From Chromera velia (lineage: Eukaryota), in assembly GCA_018398765.1 (NCBI GenBank), contig JAHBMJ010000288.1, positions 111,006-131,005 of the forward strand: 20,000 nt of DNA, in the 5' to 3' direction. Below the pieces are notes generated by a model, which saw nothing but the letters and a program-made list of their open reading frames with translations, had not been told where the DNA came from and did no database searches. The stretch's first letter is position 1; each line of letters starts with the position of its first letter. Shown in pieces: positions 1-13,807 of this stretch. The position numbers were made by a program, and so were the translations under genes.

Positions 1-929
1 AGCTTTCCAACAACGTCAAAGCAAAGAAGAACAACCGGTGCGACTGGGGGTCTGCACAACAATATGACAGCATTGAAGTGTCCAGCTACTGCTCCTTTGA
101 CTGCCCCTTCTCATGACAACATGCGGCCGGTAGCTGCTAGGTGTGAACATGCATGCATGCGCCAAAAAAGAAAGAAAAAACCGATTATTTTTTGCAGGCA
201 TGCGTGCATGCACGTGTAGAACGTGTAGAATCGGCTTTGCGCATGCGTGCGTCACCACGCTGCGGTCCACGCAGCTACAGAGTCAGCCAAAGGAAGTACC
301 GAATCTGACAGAGCCTTTCCCTAGCTGTACAAGGTCCAAGCTGATTCAGCCTGTCTTGCATATGCATTCGTTGTCGTACGTCGTTTGGTCGGTTTTCTTC
401 TAATATTTATGTGCGCGTCTCACGTTGTGCGATCTCTGCATCCAAAACTCTGAGAAGAATATATACAGAATGCAGACTGTGGTGTCTCCTTCCTCGTCTC
501 CTTTTGCTGAGGAGAGGAACGTCAAAGAAGATGACCACCTTCCACGCCTCGAGCCAGGAGCAGCCACTGGAGTCAGCAGCCTTTTCGGAAATCTGACTTA
601 GGTTCCGACTGAACACGCCTGGGGTAGCGTTGCGAAACTGTCTGTCTCTCGAGTCTGACTCTTTTGGCATTGCATGCCGCGCTTGTTCCCGTCTCCATCA
701 AAGATCGAGGGGCTGCAGCTTCCGCGTCCATGCATCAGACCACTCTCTACCATCCAGGCACATTCACCTCCTCCTTTCCTTTCTTGCGGATTCAACAGAC
801 CGTCTCACTTTCGGTGCATCCTCGACTCTGCCCTCTGCATGCTCTGTCTCTCTTCCGTCTCCTTTAGCTGCATGAGACGGGGGAAGGGAGGAAAGGGGAG
901 AAGCGGTGCGTGAAAAGTCTGACCTTCAC

Positions 930-2552
930 CAGACACAGCATCTGTTCAAACCTGTTGTCGAGATTTTCGAAGCGCTCCCTGCCTCCTTGGAGCATCTGAA
1001 CTTCGTCAAGGCCTTCGTGACCCCTGCAGCCATGCAGTGAGTGGAAAGAGACAGGAAGGATTCTAACTCTCCGAGTCTGCGTCCATTTGCAGAGGCAGTG
1101 AGGACAGGCAACGTTGATTGTCTGAAGACCCTGGAGCTGGATATGGGTCTCTTCGGGAGCATGGAGGAGCTGTCTTTTTTGGCCGTGAAGCCACTAGACA
1201 TCGAGTGCTTTCGTTTGAAGGAAAATCCCCGAGGGAGAGGCTTTGAGTGAGATCGACCGGACCCCCATTCTTACCAGGGCTGTTCGTCCTTGATTTCCTC
1301 GGACACCTCTCAATTTGCGCTCCCTCACGTGCTCTGCATGTGTGCCTCTGGTCCCTACCTTGCATGCGCACATGCACCTTCAGAGGATTGCCTGAATGCT
1401 CGAAGCCTTCGAGACTGGGAGAGCTCCGGGCCGGGCCCTCTCCTCGAATTTAAGTCTGCAGTCTCTCTGTAGTTTGCCATGCAGTCCCATGCGAGCTTGT
1501 AGAGGCCTTCATGAGTGAGTGCTTGAAGAGTCTAAACTGTCCCTGTGCTCCGAGTAACTGTTCTGAGGCTGGAATTGAAAACAGACTGCGAACCGAAGAG
1601 GTGGGGGAACGGTGCAGGTTTGGTGATCTCCCTTCCCGTCTCTCCCAACCATCCGCTGCCGGATAGAGCGGTTCCACCTTGGTGTTTTGTGTGTCAGAGG
1701 CGACTGCACCCTCGAGTTTTGACTGCTTTGGCAGAGAACAAGCTTGCCGGTCTTCTGCCTCACACTTCGCGCGCCCTTGATTTGGGAAGATACAGTAGGA
1801 GACGGAAGGAGGAGGGGGACTTTTTGAAGCTTTTTCGGGTTAGCTCGGTCATGCCGGTCGTCTGGCTTCATTGGGCTTGCGTGAAAGTCTGCAGGGGTAC
1901 GACTGTAGCAAGCCAATGAGAGCCCTGTGCATTGAGCATAACATGGTTGTCGCAACTAAATCTCCCATGCCCCCCAGTGAGTTTTTCGCTGAAGAGCGAG
2001 GAGTACGTTGTGTTGTTGAGTGAAGTGCTCCGGGAGGGCAATTTCGTTGGGCTCCGGAAGGTTGTTTTGGCTGGGCGGTTAGGATAGCGAAGGGGTGTGT
2101 GGCGGCTGATTTGATCAGAGCGTTTTGTGCATCTGGAGCTAGAGGGTTTGCCTTAATTTTCTGGAGAGCCTGAGCGAGTCGGACAGATTTTCAAATTGCA
2201 GATCGAGGGGGGCGTTGAGCTGTTGAAAACTGGTACTGAAACAAAAATTTCCAAATCTTCGGTTTCTCTCTCACCTTGCATTCCTGTGCGTTAGGAGATG
2301 AGGGGGTTTATTCGCTAAGCCCCTGGGGGGGTGAGGGCTTGGGTGCTTAGAGAGTTTCGGAGATTTTTTTTTGGACAGAGAAATCATTTTCCTGCGGGAT
2401 CAATCGAGAGTTTGGATGCACTTTTGGATCGAAGCCGTGTCTCTGAAAGGCAATTTTGGATCGAAGCCGTGTCTCTGAAAGTCCCCCCTCTTTTAGAACA
2501 GGTTTACCTCTTCAGCTGCCCTAGCGTTGGGAAGGGGCCTTTGCCGAAATAA
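930..2552 (+). pseudogene. Degenerate leucine-rich-repeat-like gene relic (stops and frameshifts)
   Basis: Plus-strand fragments read as LRR-like units (FEALPASLEHLNF, FAEAVRTGNVDCLKTLELD, VLTALAENKLAGLL, LSEVLREGNFVGLRKVVL, FPAGSIESLDA, VPPLLEQVYL). They are broken by in-frame stops (e.g. TGA 1038-1040) and frame changes, including a 32-bp-period duplication at 2422-2481. Boundaries are approximate. Confidence 0.55.
2422..2481 (+). repeat. Perfect 28-bp direct repeat, period 32
   Basis: TTTTGGATCGAAGCCGTGTCTCTGAAAG at 2422-2449 and 2454-2481. Confidence 0.95.
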
Positions 2553-2719
2553 TTGCTGTGCTCTTACTTTGGTACGTGTCTGCATGGAGGGCCGCCGCGC
2601 AATGATCAATTAAAAGATTAATTGACCTTCGGGGATCATGGATGCAGCATTATATGCTAGCATAGACAGTGGGGGAGGGGTGGCGTGCTTTGGGTGGGTG
2701 AGTCGCTTCGCATGCATTC

Positions 2720-4300
2720 TTTTATTGCTTTTGTTTTTCATAAAAAGTCTTTGAGATTAGAAATCTAATTTGAGATTAGTCTTTCTACACTCTTAGCTAC
2801 TAGTAGACTCTCTAAGTATGTCAGTGATCTAGAAAGTTACAATTTTACTCTCGATCTCTAGATCGATCTAAGTAATTTTATAACAAATTAGTCCGACAAC
2901 ACCTTTAACAAGACTTCGATCGACCCTAAACTTTAAACATACTGCTTTGCCCCCCCTGTCCAGCCACCTTATGGCGTCCAGACAGAAGGTAAAGCGAGGA
3001 TAAGAACCCTGGGGAAGATCTAGAGAAGGAACGTGTGCAACGCTAACTGAAGCAACACTTTACAGGTTTAGGTAAACGAGGTCTCAATCCTGCTTTGACT
3101 CTAGGAGGTTCTATTGGGCTTTGTCTTCAGACTTCTCCCGACTCCAAATAAATCTGACTCTATAGGTACAACTAGAGATTCAATGACTTCGGCTGACTTC
3201 AACTCGAACCCTGTCGTAGGATGTTCCTCAGACAACATGTTGTTAAAGAGGCCAAACGTAGACTTGCATGCATGCGCAGAGCTTCGAGTGCGACACGTAC
3301 AGGCAGACTGCGTATACGCGCGGTGGCGGGGCATGACATCGGCACGAGGGCTCATTCAGATACAGCGCATGCGAGGGTCCAGAGGGCGGCGCCACAGAGT
3401 AGAACTCCACAGTACTTCAATTTAAATTTTTATGACTTTATATATGTTACACTTTAGAATTAATTGACAAGGATAGGATATAGGATTAATGTCTAGAGCT
3501 AGGTCTGGAGGATTAATTCGTCTCTTGCCCCAATGCCAAGCAATCGACGTGCGGCATCAAGGAAAAAAAGCGCATACACGTGTTGGATCTTCCTGGCTAG
3601 CTTCCACGCCCGATGATAATAAGATCGAGGTCTTTTCTTTTATTATTTCTTTCTAGTCTTTAAATTCTAGATTTTTTTCATGCACTTTTTAAAACAGTGA
3701 GAAAAAGACCTAAAAATATGCATCTAAAAACCTTCAAATTATAAGTAGCATTCAAAATGAATGTTAAACTATGAGGCTTTGAGGTTCAAGTTTTATTTCA
3801 TAATTCATTTAACGTAAAGTCATGCAGATCATAAACATTATTTCACTCTAAACTTTTACAGATCATCTAGGCGTAGGACATCAAAATTAAATAATAAAAC
3901 ATACCATCATTTTTTGAAATTTTTTTTTTTTAATATTTGATTTTGGTTTTTTTTGTTTTTGAAACTATCAAATTATAAGTCAAGACACTAGTCAAGACGT
4001 AAGTTCTAACTGAAGTTTACTAAGAAGTTTAACCAGCTTTATAAAAAGAATGGTGATTAAAATTTAGTATATCATACTTGCTATTATAAATCATACCCAC
4101 TCGATCTAGCCAATGAAGATTTTCAATTATCTTAAGTGTGCCAGTAGTGAACAACAAAATGCAACCTAGTTATCAATAAGCATTTTAATCTATATTTCTA
4201 GCTATCTTTTTTAGAGCATCTCACAGTAATACTGATTGTCACCTACAATTAAGCTAGCTAGTAAGCTAGCTTGCAAGGATGTGCTTTAATTTATTAAGCA
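2720..4300. other. AT-rich, CTAG/TpA-enriched intergenic island (possible decayed repeat or TE DNA)
   Basis: Sharp drop in GC relative to flanking genes, poly-T runs (~3920-3960), about 20 CTAG sites by hand count, no credible ORF. Confidence 0.5.
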
Positions 4301-4748
4301 AACAAAGAAGCAATCCGGTCAGTGGAGGTCCTCCGTAACGTACAGGTCTCTGCTTCAGACTCACGATAATCGATCGGCAGGTCCTTCACTCACCGCATTC
4401 AGTCATTGCTTGCACGCCTCTGTCACAGCTCTGGTCACAACGTTAGTTAGATCTAGAGTTAGATAGAGCAAGAGGGACAGTTCCACTTCGCAGCATGCTT
4501 TCTCAGGGAATTAAGAGCCGTGCATAGCGTGGCAGTCAGGTGGAAGGAACAAGCGGTTAATTGAATTTGAGGGTGCATGCTCAAAAGCTGAGGCTCTGAG
4601 CAGCAGGGAAGCAGCAGCATGGGTTGCGATGCAACACGAAGGCAAGGTGCATTCACGACGCACGCAAAGAAACTCATGAGCTAGGACGAACCAGCCTGCA
4701 GGGAAAGGAAACCGCATGCATGCGTGCAGAGAGAGACGAAAGAAAGAC

Positions 4749-4766
4749 TGCATGCATGCATGCATG
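4749..4766. repeat. (TGCA)4 tandem of the TGCATGCA motif
   Basis: TGCATGCATGCATGCATG downstream of the lectin gene stop. Confidence 0.85.
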
Positions 4767-4992
4767 TAACTCCTTAAGCACGCTCCGTGAAGGCTGACTG
4801 TGTATGCAATCCAGAGAAAGATTGCCAACTACTACTACTAGATGCTTGCGACAGAACCACTCGATGCACACTCCCCCCCCAGCAATACCAAGCTAGAGCC
4901 CCCCCCTGACCCCATAACGCAGTCCACGTGTCTACATATACATGGAGGTGCACACTCAGAAATCAAGATGGATTGACGTCCTCCCTCTGAAT

Positions 4993-7900
4993 TCATCCCT
5001 TCAGCTCTGCCCTGGCCTCCCAATCAGGTGCGTCGGCATTCTTCCCCTCCGTCTTGACCGTCTCCTTGAATTGTTTGACCTCTTCTGCATCGGCCTGTGC
5101 CGCTGCCTCCCCATCTGCAACCAGGAGTCCGGGGGCAATTCTGGTCTTTGTCTCCCCATCGACCTCTTCCTCGATTTCCACCCACACGAAGTCGGTGGTC
5201 ACGTAGGACTCCTCGCAGGCAATGCCGGTGAACCCACGGGGACATTCGCACTGGGAGGTCTCTCCATTGGGCATGCGCATGCACTTGCCTCCGTTCTCAC
5301 AGGGCTTGTGTCCCGCACCCGCGCAGGTCACGTCCTTTCCGTCGTTGGGGAAGGAAACTCCGACCTGCAGGCAGGCAGAGAGACATGCAGCTAGGTGAAT
5401 GAATGCGCACACATTTCTGACAAGTGAAGCTCGGGGACAGTCATGTTGTCAGTTGAAAGAAAAAGCAGTGGACATGAACGATGATCGAACAGTTGGCAGG
5501 TGGGAAGGTAGGCAGGTAAGCAGGGAAAGTTGGAAGGAGAGGAGGCCACGCAAAAATCCCCTCGTTGGTACGTTTTTCGAGTCCTTTGTGCACACACCAG
5601 ACTTGCTGGCCGGCCCACCGACTGACCTTCACGCGTGCGATCTTCTCCCAGCTAGAGGCGTCCTTGCACACCCCTCCGCACCAGCAGAGGTCAAGGACCT
5701 CGGGAGTGCGTGTGAGGACAGCCATGCCGTCCCACTCTTGGAGGGAGGAGGTGAACTCTGAGGGGTGGCTCCAGCAGTCAGAGCTGTCAGTGGGGTTGCA
5801 GTTGGACCCCCAGATCTTCTCGTTGGGCACAGACCCGGAGGCGCACTGCTGACCTTCCTGGATGAACTTGAGGGTTGCCTTCGTGGCACCCACATAGGCC
5901 GGGGTCAGGCCGTGGCCCTTGACGCGGAGGCCGAAAGGTTCGTTGGCCATTACGGAGAGGGAGGGGAGGTCTTCATCGGAAGAGTGGGTGTAGATTCCCT
6001 CAACAGTCACAAACCCGACGTTGGTCCACAGACCCTCTGCACCGGAGTCACACTCACCAAAGCAATGGCAGATTTCGAAAAAGCCAGGCTCGGTGAAGGT
6101 CACACCCTCCCAGTGCTGGAAAGTCACGCTGCCGTCTGCGTTCTGCAGTCCCTTGGGAACTGTCTGGGCGACATCGCCTGACTTGGTGGTGACAGAAGGG
6201 GCGGTTGTGGTATCGATGCCCTTGACTGTGGTGGAGTGGGCAGCCTGAGAGCAGGACATAGCGCCAGGAGCGGGCTGGAAGAACTTGACTCTAGAGTCGA
6301 CTGTCTGGGTGTTGGTGGCCAAGTTGCCTACAGGGATGTTGAGGTCCGTTGGGACGTTCTTCTGGGCATAGAAGTTGTTCATGCTGCTGGTGGCGGGAAT
6401 GCGAAGGACCTCAGGCTGTCCGGTCTTGACGGAATAGCCAACGCTCTCCCACCCAGAGGCTCTGTACTTGCCGAGCTTCATCGTCACTTCAGTGCCGTCG
6501 TCAGTGCCCTCAAGCACAGCCTCCACGACTGCACATTTGACGTCTGTGGGCTCTCCAAAGGAGAAATCAAGCCAGACTCTGCACTCGGTGTCGCTTCTGT
6601 CAGAGCATCCGAGGGTGGTTCCAGTCAGCCCCTCTCTGTCGTGCAGGAGAGTGTAGTCAGGTTCTGTGCTCTGCGTCTCTTCCTTTGCAACGGCATCGGT
6701 GGTCTCGGAATCAGAGGATGAAGTGGAGTTGTGGTCAGTGCCGAAAGCCCACTGCATCCAGTCACTCCAGGTGCTCTGCAGTCGTCTGCTGCTAGAACCC
6801 TCTTCTCCCTCGGATGCGGTCTGTGTGGTGGTGGTGGTAGCGGGTCTGGGAGGGGGGGGAGTCTCGGCATCAAGAGCAGCGGCTCCGGGGCCGTCATCGC
6901 TCTGGGTGGTCGTGTCATCAGAAGAGTCAGATGAGCCCATGGATCCGAAGAAATAGGAGAGCACATCCATGACGGTGTCCACCACACCGCTGCCACTCCT
7001 GACAGAGGAAGAGGACTGGAAGGTCACACCCTCGAAGGAGAGGGGGGTACCGGTACAGTCGCCGGACTGAAACAGGCTGCATGCTCACACACAATAAATG
7101 CAACAACAATACAGACACATGCATACTCGATGGCTCCAAGAGCACTCGAAGATTCACATTGCCATGACCATGCCTCCGCTCCCCAAAAGCCACCAGGGCA
7201 GCAGCGTCCATAAACACGCGCATTAAACTAGAGCAGAAAGCTGCTGAGCAAAACCAAGGGCAAAAAGGGATGACTTCCTTTTGTCCCATGCACTCAAGTT
7301 AGAAAGAGTCAGAAGAGACAGACAAGGAAGGCAGCACATCTCTCTTCTCTGGAGACTTACGCGAGTTCTCTGATGGTCAACTTCGTGTCCATGTCCTCTG
7401 ACTTCATCAGGGAGAGGCGGTAGCTGTAGGCACCTGCAGTTTAAGAAGGAGAGAGGAAAGGAAGATCTCGATCTAAAGTTTCTGAGAGGTTTGAGCTGTT
7501 ACTTTTGGGGAACAAAGCCTTACATCTTTCCCGGACAAACACAAAATGCATTCATTCCTTAGGCCTACGTCGAGTCTCTCACCCTTCTCTCAATTCGTGT
7601 CTCTGCCTTCTTGGGGGGCACTGTTTTTCTTCTGTGTGCTCTCCTACGGGTCAATACTACATGTCTGTGTATGATACAAGGTCCCGCTAGCTGACCGAAT
7701 TCTTCCTTTGCGGGGATCTGGCAGACGAAAGGCATTTGCTTCCCACAGCCGTAGTCAGAGAACGCGCCGTCGTCAGAGTTCAGACCCACACAGTCGGCAG
7801 AACACTCGGCAGACTCGGCAGTCAGACCGCAGTCCCTGCACACAAATTATTAATGCAAAAAACAAACGAGTTCAACGGGTTTGTAGTTTTGATCTGTTTG

Positions 7901-8783
7901 TATACACAAAAAATGGTAAGGGGCCTAAGGGCTGGATGCGCCGGTCGAGCCCTCCAAATAGATTACAAAGATCAAATGAACTCATGCGCGGGAAGGCTTC
8001 AGGACCCCCCCAATTTAACCTTCAACACCATTCATCTGTTCAATCCACACCCCTCACCGCCACATGCACGCACGCAGACGCAGCTGCCTGGCACACAAAG
8101 TCTTACTCACTGAGGAAGATCGCCCTCGTCATCGGGCTGGTAGGAAACTCCGTTGGCAGTCTTCTTCTTTGCCCACTCGAAGTAGACGGCCTTTGTGCCG
8201 TCAGCATTCTTGAACTCTCCTGCATGTGTAAGCATACATATAAGCATACATATTATCAATCAGATTTTGCTTTGATTGTGCACTTGGGCTGGAATGAACA
8301 CTTCTTCGCTATCAAAACGATCGACAATCTCGCACAGGAGCGACAGGCATTCTCAAAATCGTCTACACGCGCACTGGCCGCAGGTATCCGGTCATCACGG
8401 CCCGCCTCAATTTTTGTGGTATTAAAGCATTTCAGATCAGACTAATTCACGCACTGACCTTCCTTTTCCATGTCGTTCAGACCGAACCAGCAGTTCGTGT
8501 CACCAAGAGAGGAACCATCCGGTCCCACACCGCAGATGTACGCAAGCACCCCGGCGTCGTCAGAGTCCCCAATGGAGGCAAGGTTAGCCCCCAGAGTCTG
8601 GCAGTGGTCCTGAGCCTCCTGCCAACCCTTCTTGATCAGACTCCCATCTCCCGCCTCAGCGCGCTGGTAGCAGTTCCCTCGAAAGAGAGTCCACCCGTCA
8701 GCGCATTCGAAACGAGAAACGCCGTTCCCGGAAACGACGGCAACGGAGCAGAGTGCCCCGAGTGCAACAAGAGACTGTTGCAT
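4993..8783 (-). CDS. Secreted multidomain protein: C-type lectin + S/T/D-rich linker + two Cys-containing beta modules + EGF (~822 aa, 6 exons)
   Basis: Exons on the minus strand: 8783-8459, 8219-8111, 7835-7696, 7433-7361, 7076-5627, 5364-4993. All introns are GT..TGCAG with consistent phases; total 2469 nt. Signal peptide MQQSLVALGALCSVAVVSG; CTLD motifs CADGWTLFRGNCY, WQEAQDHCQTLGANLASI, CWFGLND, QPD, DCVGL, FSDYGC..MPFVCQ; EGF CENGGKC...CECPRGFTGIAC. No C-terminal TM helix. Confidence 0.85.
5215..5325 (-). other. EGF-like domain in the last exon of the lectin gene
   Basis: C-AGAGHKP-C-ENGGK-C-MRMPNGETSQ-C-E-C-PRGFTGIA-C, canonical six-Cys EGF spacing. Confidence 0.9.
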
Positions 8784-9348
8784 ACTGTTGCAACAACACA
8801 AGCTTTTGTTTCAGGAACTTCGAGAAAAGATGCTGCGAAGGGATCACACAGGGGCTCTGCAGGCGTGTCTAACCTTCGAATGAATTAGTCAAAGGAGAAT
8901 GACACAGAAGTTTCCAGCACACAGAGCTCGGTTTCATATATATGAGAGACTGCATGCATGGTCGAGCCGATCAATTATGACTCGTATCCGATTAATTTTT
9001 CAATTAATGCATGCATTGCATGTCGATTTTTACGCGCGCGGCCCCGGAAAGAAGCGCCTGAATGCATCGATACCGTCCGTGAAAGCGAAATAAACGCCGC
9101 GGCTTCATTAATTGATTGTCTGCATGACCCTTTTCTCACGACCGTACAATTCAGTCATTCGGCCCTTCGACTGCATGCCTCGATTAACGTACCTCAGCAT
9201 CCAACCCCACCGCCTACAGACTATAGAGCTTCCCTCTGTCATCCTGTTATTTCGTGCTGTAGCTCTAGCTTTTATCCATCCTTCTCTAAACGTCCAAATT
9301 CCTCACTAGAAAAAGAAACTCAACGCTGAGACAACACTTGTTGGCGCG
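8784..9348. promoter_or_regulatory. Divergent (putative bidirectional) promoter region with TGCATGCA motifs
   Basis: 565 bp between the ATGs of oppositely oriented genes. TGCATGCA at 8951-8958 and 9008-9015; TGCATG at 9017, 9121 and 9172. Confidence 0.55.
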
Positions 9349-11951
<2,603 letters not shown>

Positions 11952-12429
11952 CCTGTCTGTCTGCCTGCCTGCTTGGGCCAGCTGGGGGGCGGGAGGGGGG
12001 CTGCAGGGGAGCCTCACCTATGTGTGCCTGCCTGTAGGATGTGTGTCTTCCGGCACGTACGGGCTGGCAGCTAGGCAAAGGTGGAAGGGACGGAGAAAAT
12101 GAGATGACGATGAAAAGACGGAAAGAATCGTTGGGCGTCAGATAAGAAAATTGTTCATTTGCATGAAGAGAGGGGGGGAGAGGGGGGGGGAGGGGAGGCG
12201 GGAGGGGAGCGGATGTTTTCTTCTGTGTCGTGAGGCCCGGGCAAAGTTCCGGCACCTGAATTCAGTCGGGTGATCTGACACAATTAATGCGGTAAGAGGC
12301 TTGTCGTGTGTGTCTTAACCGGACATAGACAGCACGTGTGCAGTACTAGTTAGAATCAAGTCTTTAGCCCGTTGCTGATAGCGTTTTAAGTTTGAAATTG
12401 ACACTGTTGTGAGTCTGTTGGAGTCCTTT

Positions 12430-13420
12430 AAGACGTCGCTCTCAATAAAAAATTTAAACAATCATGCATTCAACTTTAATATCCATCTAATGTATAAATA
12501 TGTATAAATTAAACTTATCACTCTTGGTTATCAGCAATCTAGACAGCATTTTATAATCTATCAATTGATATCATCATCATCATCATATGCTATCGCTATC
12601 AGCCCATAATAGGCGTCTAGCGTTCGGCAAGTCACAACACGCAAGGCAGATTGTTAAATGATGGACCCTCATTTAAAGAATTCACCAATTAATATATAGT
12701 AATTTAATCAATTATTAATACATAATTTAAGTCAAATTGAAGTTCTCTTTTATAGTGATATTCAACATAAATCTCTTTAAAGGCTAGAGCATATATAGAA
12801 AACTGTCTGAAAACGTATGACTACCACTGTCTGCCACTAGACTGACAGTGACTATTTGTTCCACTAGTCTGCCTAGTAGTCTACATAGAAATCCTATATA
12901 TCTGCTAGTATATCTGACGTACATCTAAACTAATACTAGAACTAGCATACCAGTGATCTAGCCAGTGATAGTAGCATCTGAACTGTATGGTGTTAAAATT
13001 AAAATAGTTAATGCAATGATCATTGCAATCTTACCTAGAATCCTAGCTAGAATCTTACAAATTCAGTTACAACTTTAAAGTTTTACTATCATAAGTTTAC
13101 GTCAATTTAAGTGTAAAACCATTAAAAATGATTTATATTAAATAATCATATTCAACATCTTGGAAGCCGTTTGCGGGGGCGACCTCTGAAAGACAAAACG
13201 GCGACAGTGTCATAGGGCATCAATAAATCACTTGAATTTCACTTATCACTTAGCACTTTACGTCGAGTCTAGCTATAAGCGTCGCTAGAAGCGTCGTCTA
13301 CCAATAACTTAAAACTTAAACTGTTACTTTAATACTCCCTAGTTTAGTTGAATCATGGTGGGGGGGGATTTATGGCCAATTTTAAATCCTTAGGCTAGCA
13401 AAAAAATATTAAATTCAAAG
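12430..13420. other. AT-rich, CTAG/TpA-enriched intergenic island
   Basis: Low GC, about 17 CTAG sites between 12539 and 13398 by hand count, short (ATC)n at ~12569-12586, no ORF in the track. Confidence 0.5.
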
Positions 13421-13807
13421 TCCAGGCGTAGCCTTTGAGCAGTGGTCACTGGCCTTTTCAGCACAAAGTAACACAAGCAACGAACTCACCAAAGCCACCA
13501 TGCAGTCTTGAGCTTCTTCTGAAGACAACAGACTGGATCGAAGGTGTGAAGTCCCACGCACTGTCACTGAACAGACAATCAGTCGAGAATCTCAGTGACA
13601 CTTTAAGGATTGGGGGTTTTGATTGTTTCTTCATCTTCGTCTCCACTGGGCCTCCTTCCACTTTCTCTCTCAAGCTCTCTTTTCTTTCCGTTCCTTTCAC
13701 TTCCTGTTCTTTGTTTCCCTCTCCTCTCGCTCTGCCTCGACTTCAACTTTCTCCTGCCCCCTAAGAGAAGCGCATGGCATACCTGACTGAAATGCTCCCA
13801 GGGAGCA

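Noticed and set aside
148..250. Imperfect inverted repeat (CATGCATGCATGC...GCATGCGTGCATG) and ACGTGTAGA duplication
   Set aside because: TGCA runs are self-complementary and common in this window, so the symmetry is largely trivial.
3101..3457. Short overlapping ORFs in a GC-richer patch of the AT island
   Set aside because: No recognisable transposase, RT or other domain motifs; neighbouring frames are full of stops.
7708..8445. 245-aa plus-strand ORF
   Set aside because: Antisense to lectin exons 2-3 and their introns, with no protein-like features.
12168..12210. G-run cluster (possible G-quadruplex) in the PKA 3' region
   Set aside because: Low-complexity purine tracts are frequent here and there is no evidence of function.
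13435..13764. E/K-rich minus-strand reading and a 9-bp inverted repeat (13562-13600)
   Set aside because: Possibly a gene relic, but it is frameshifted, low complexity and lacks identifiable motifs.
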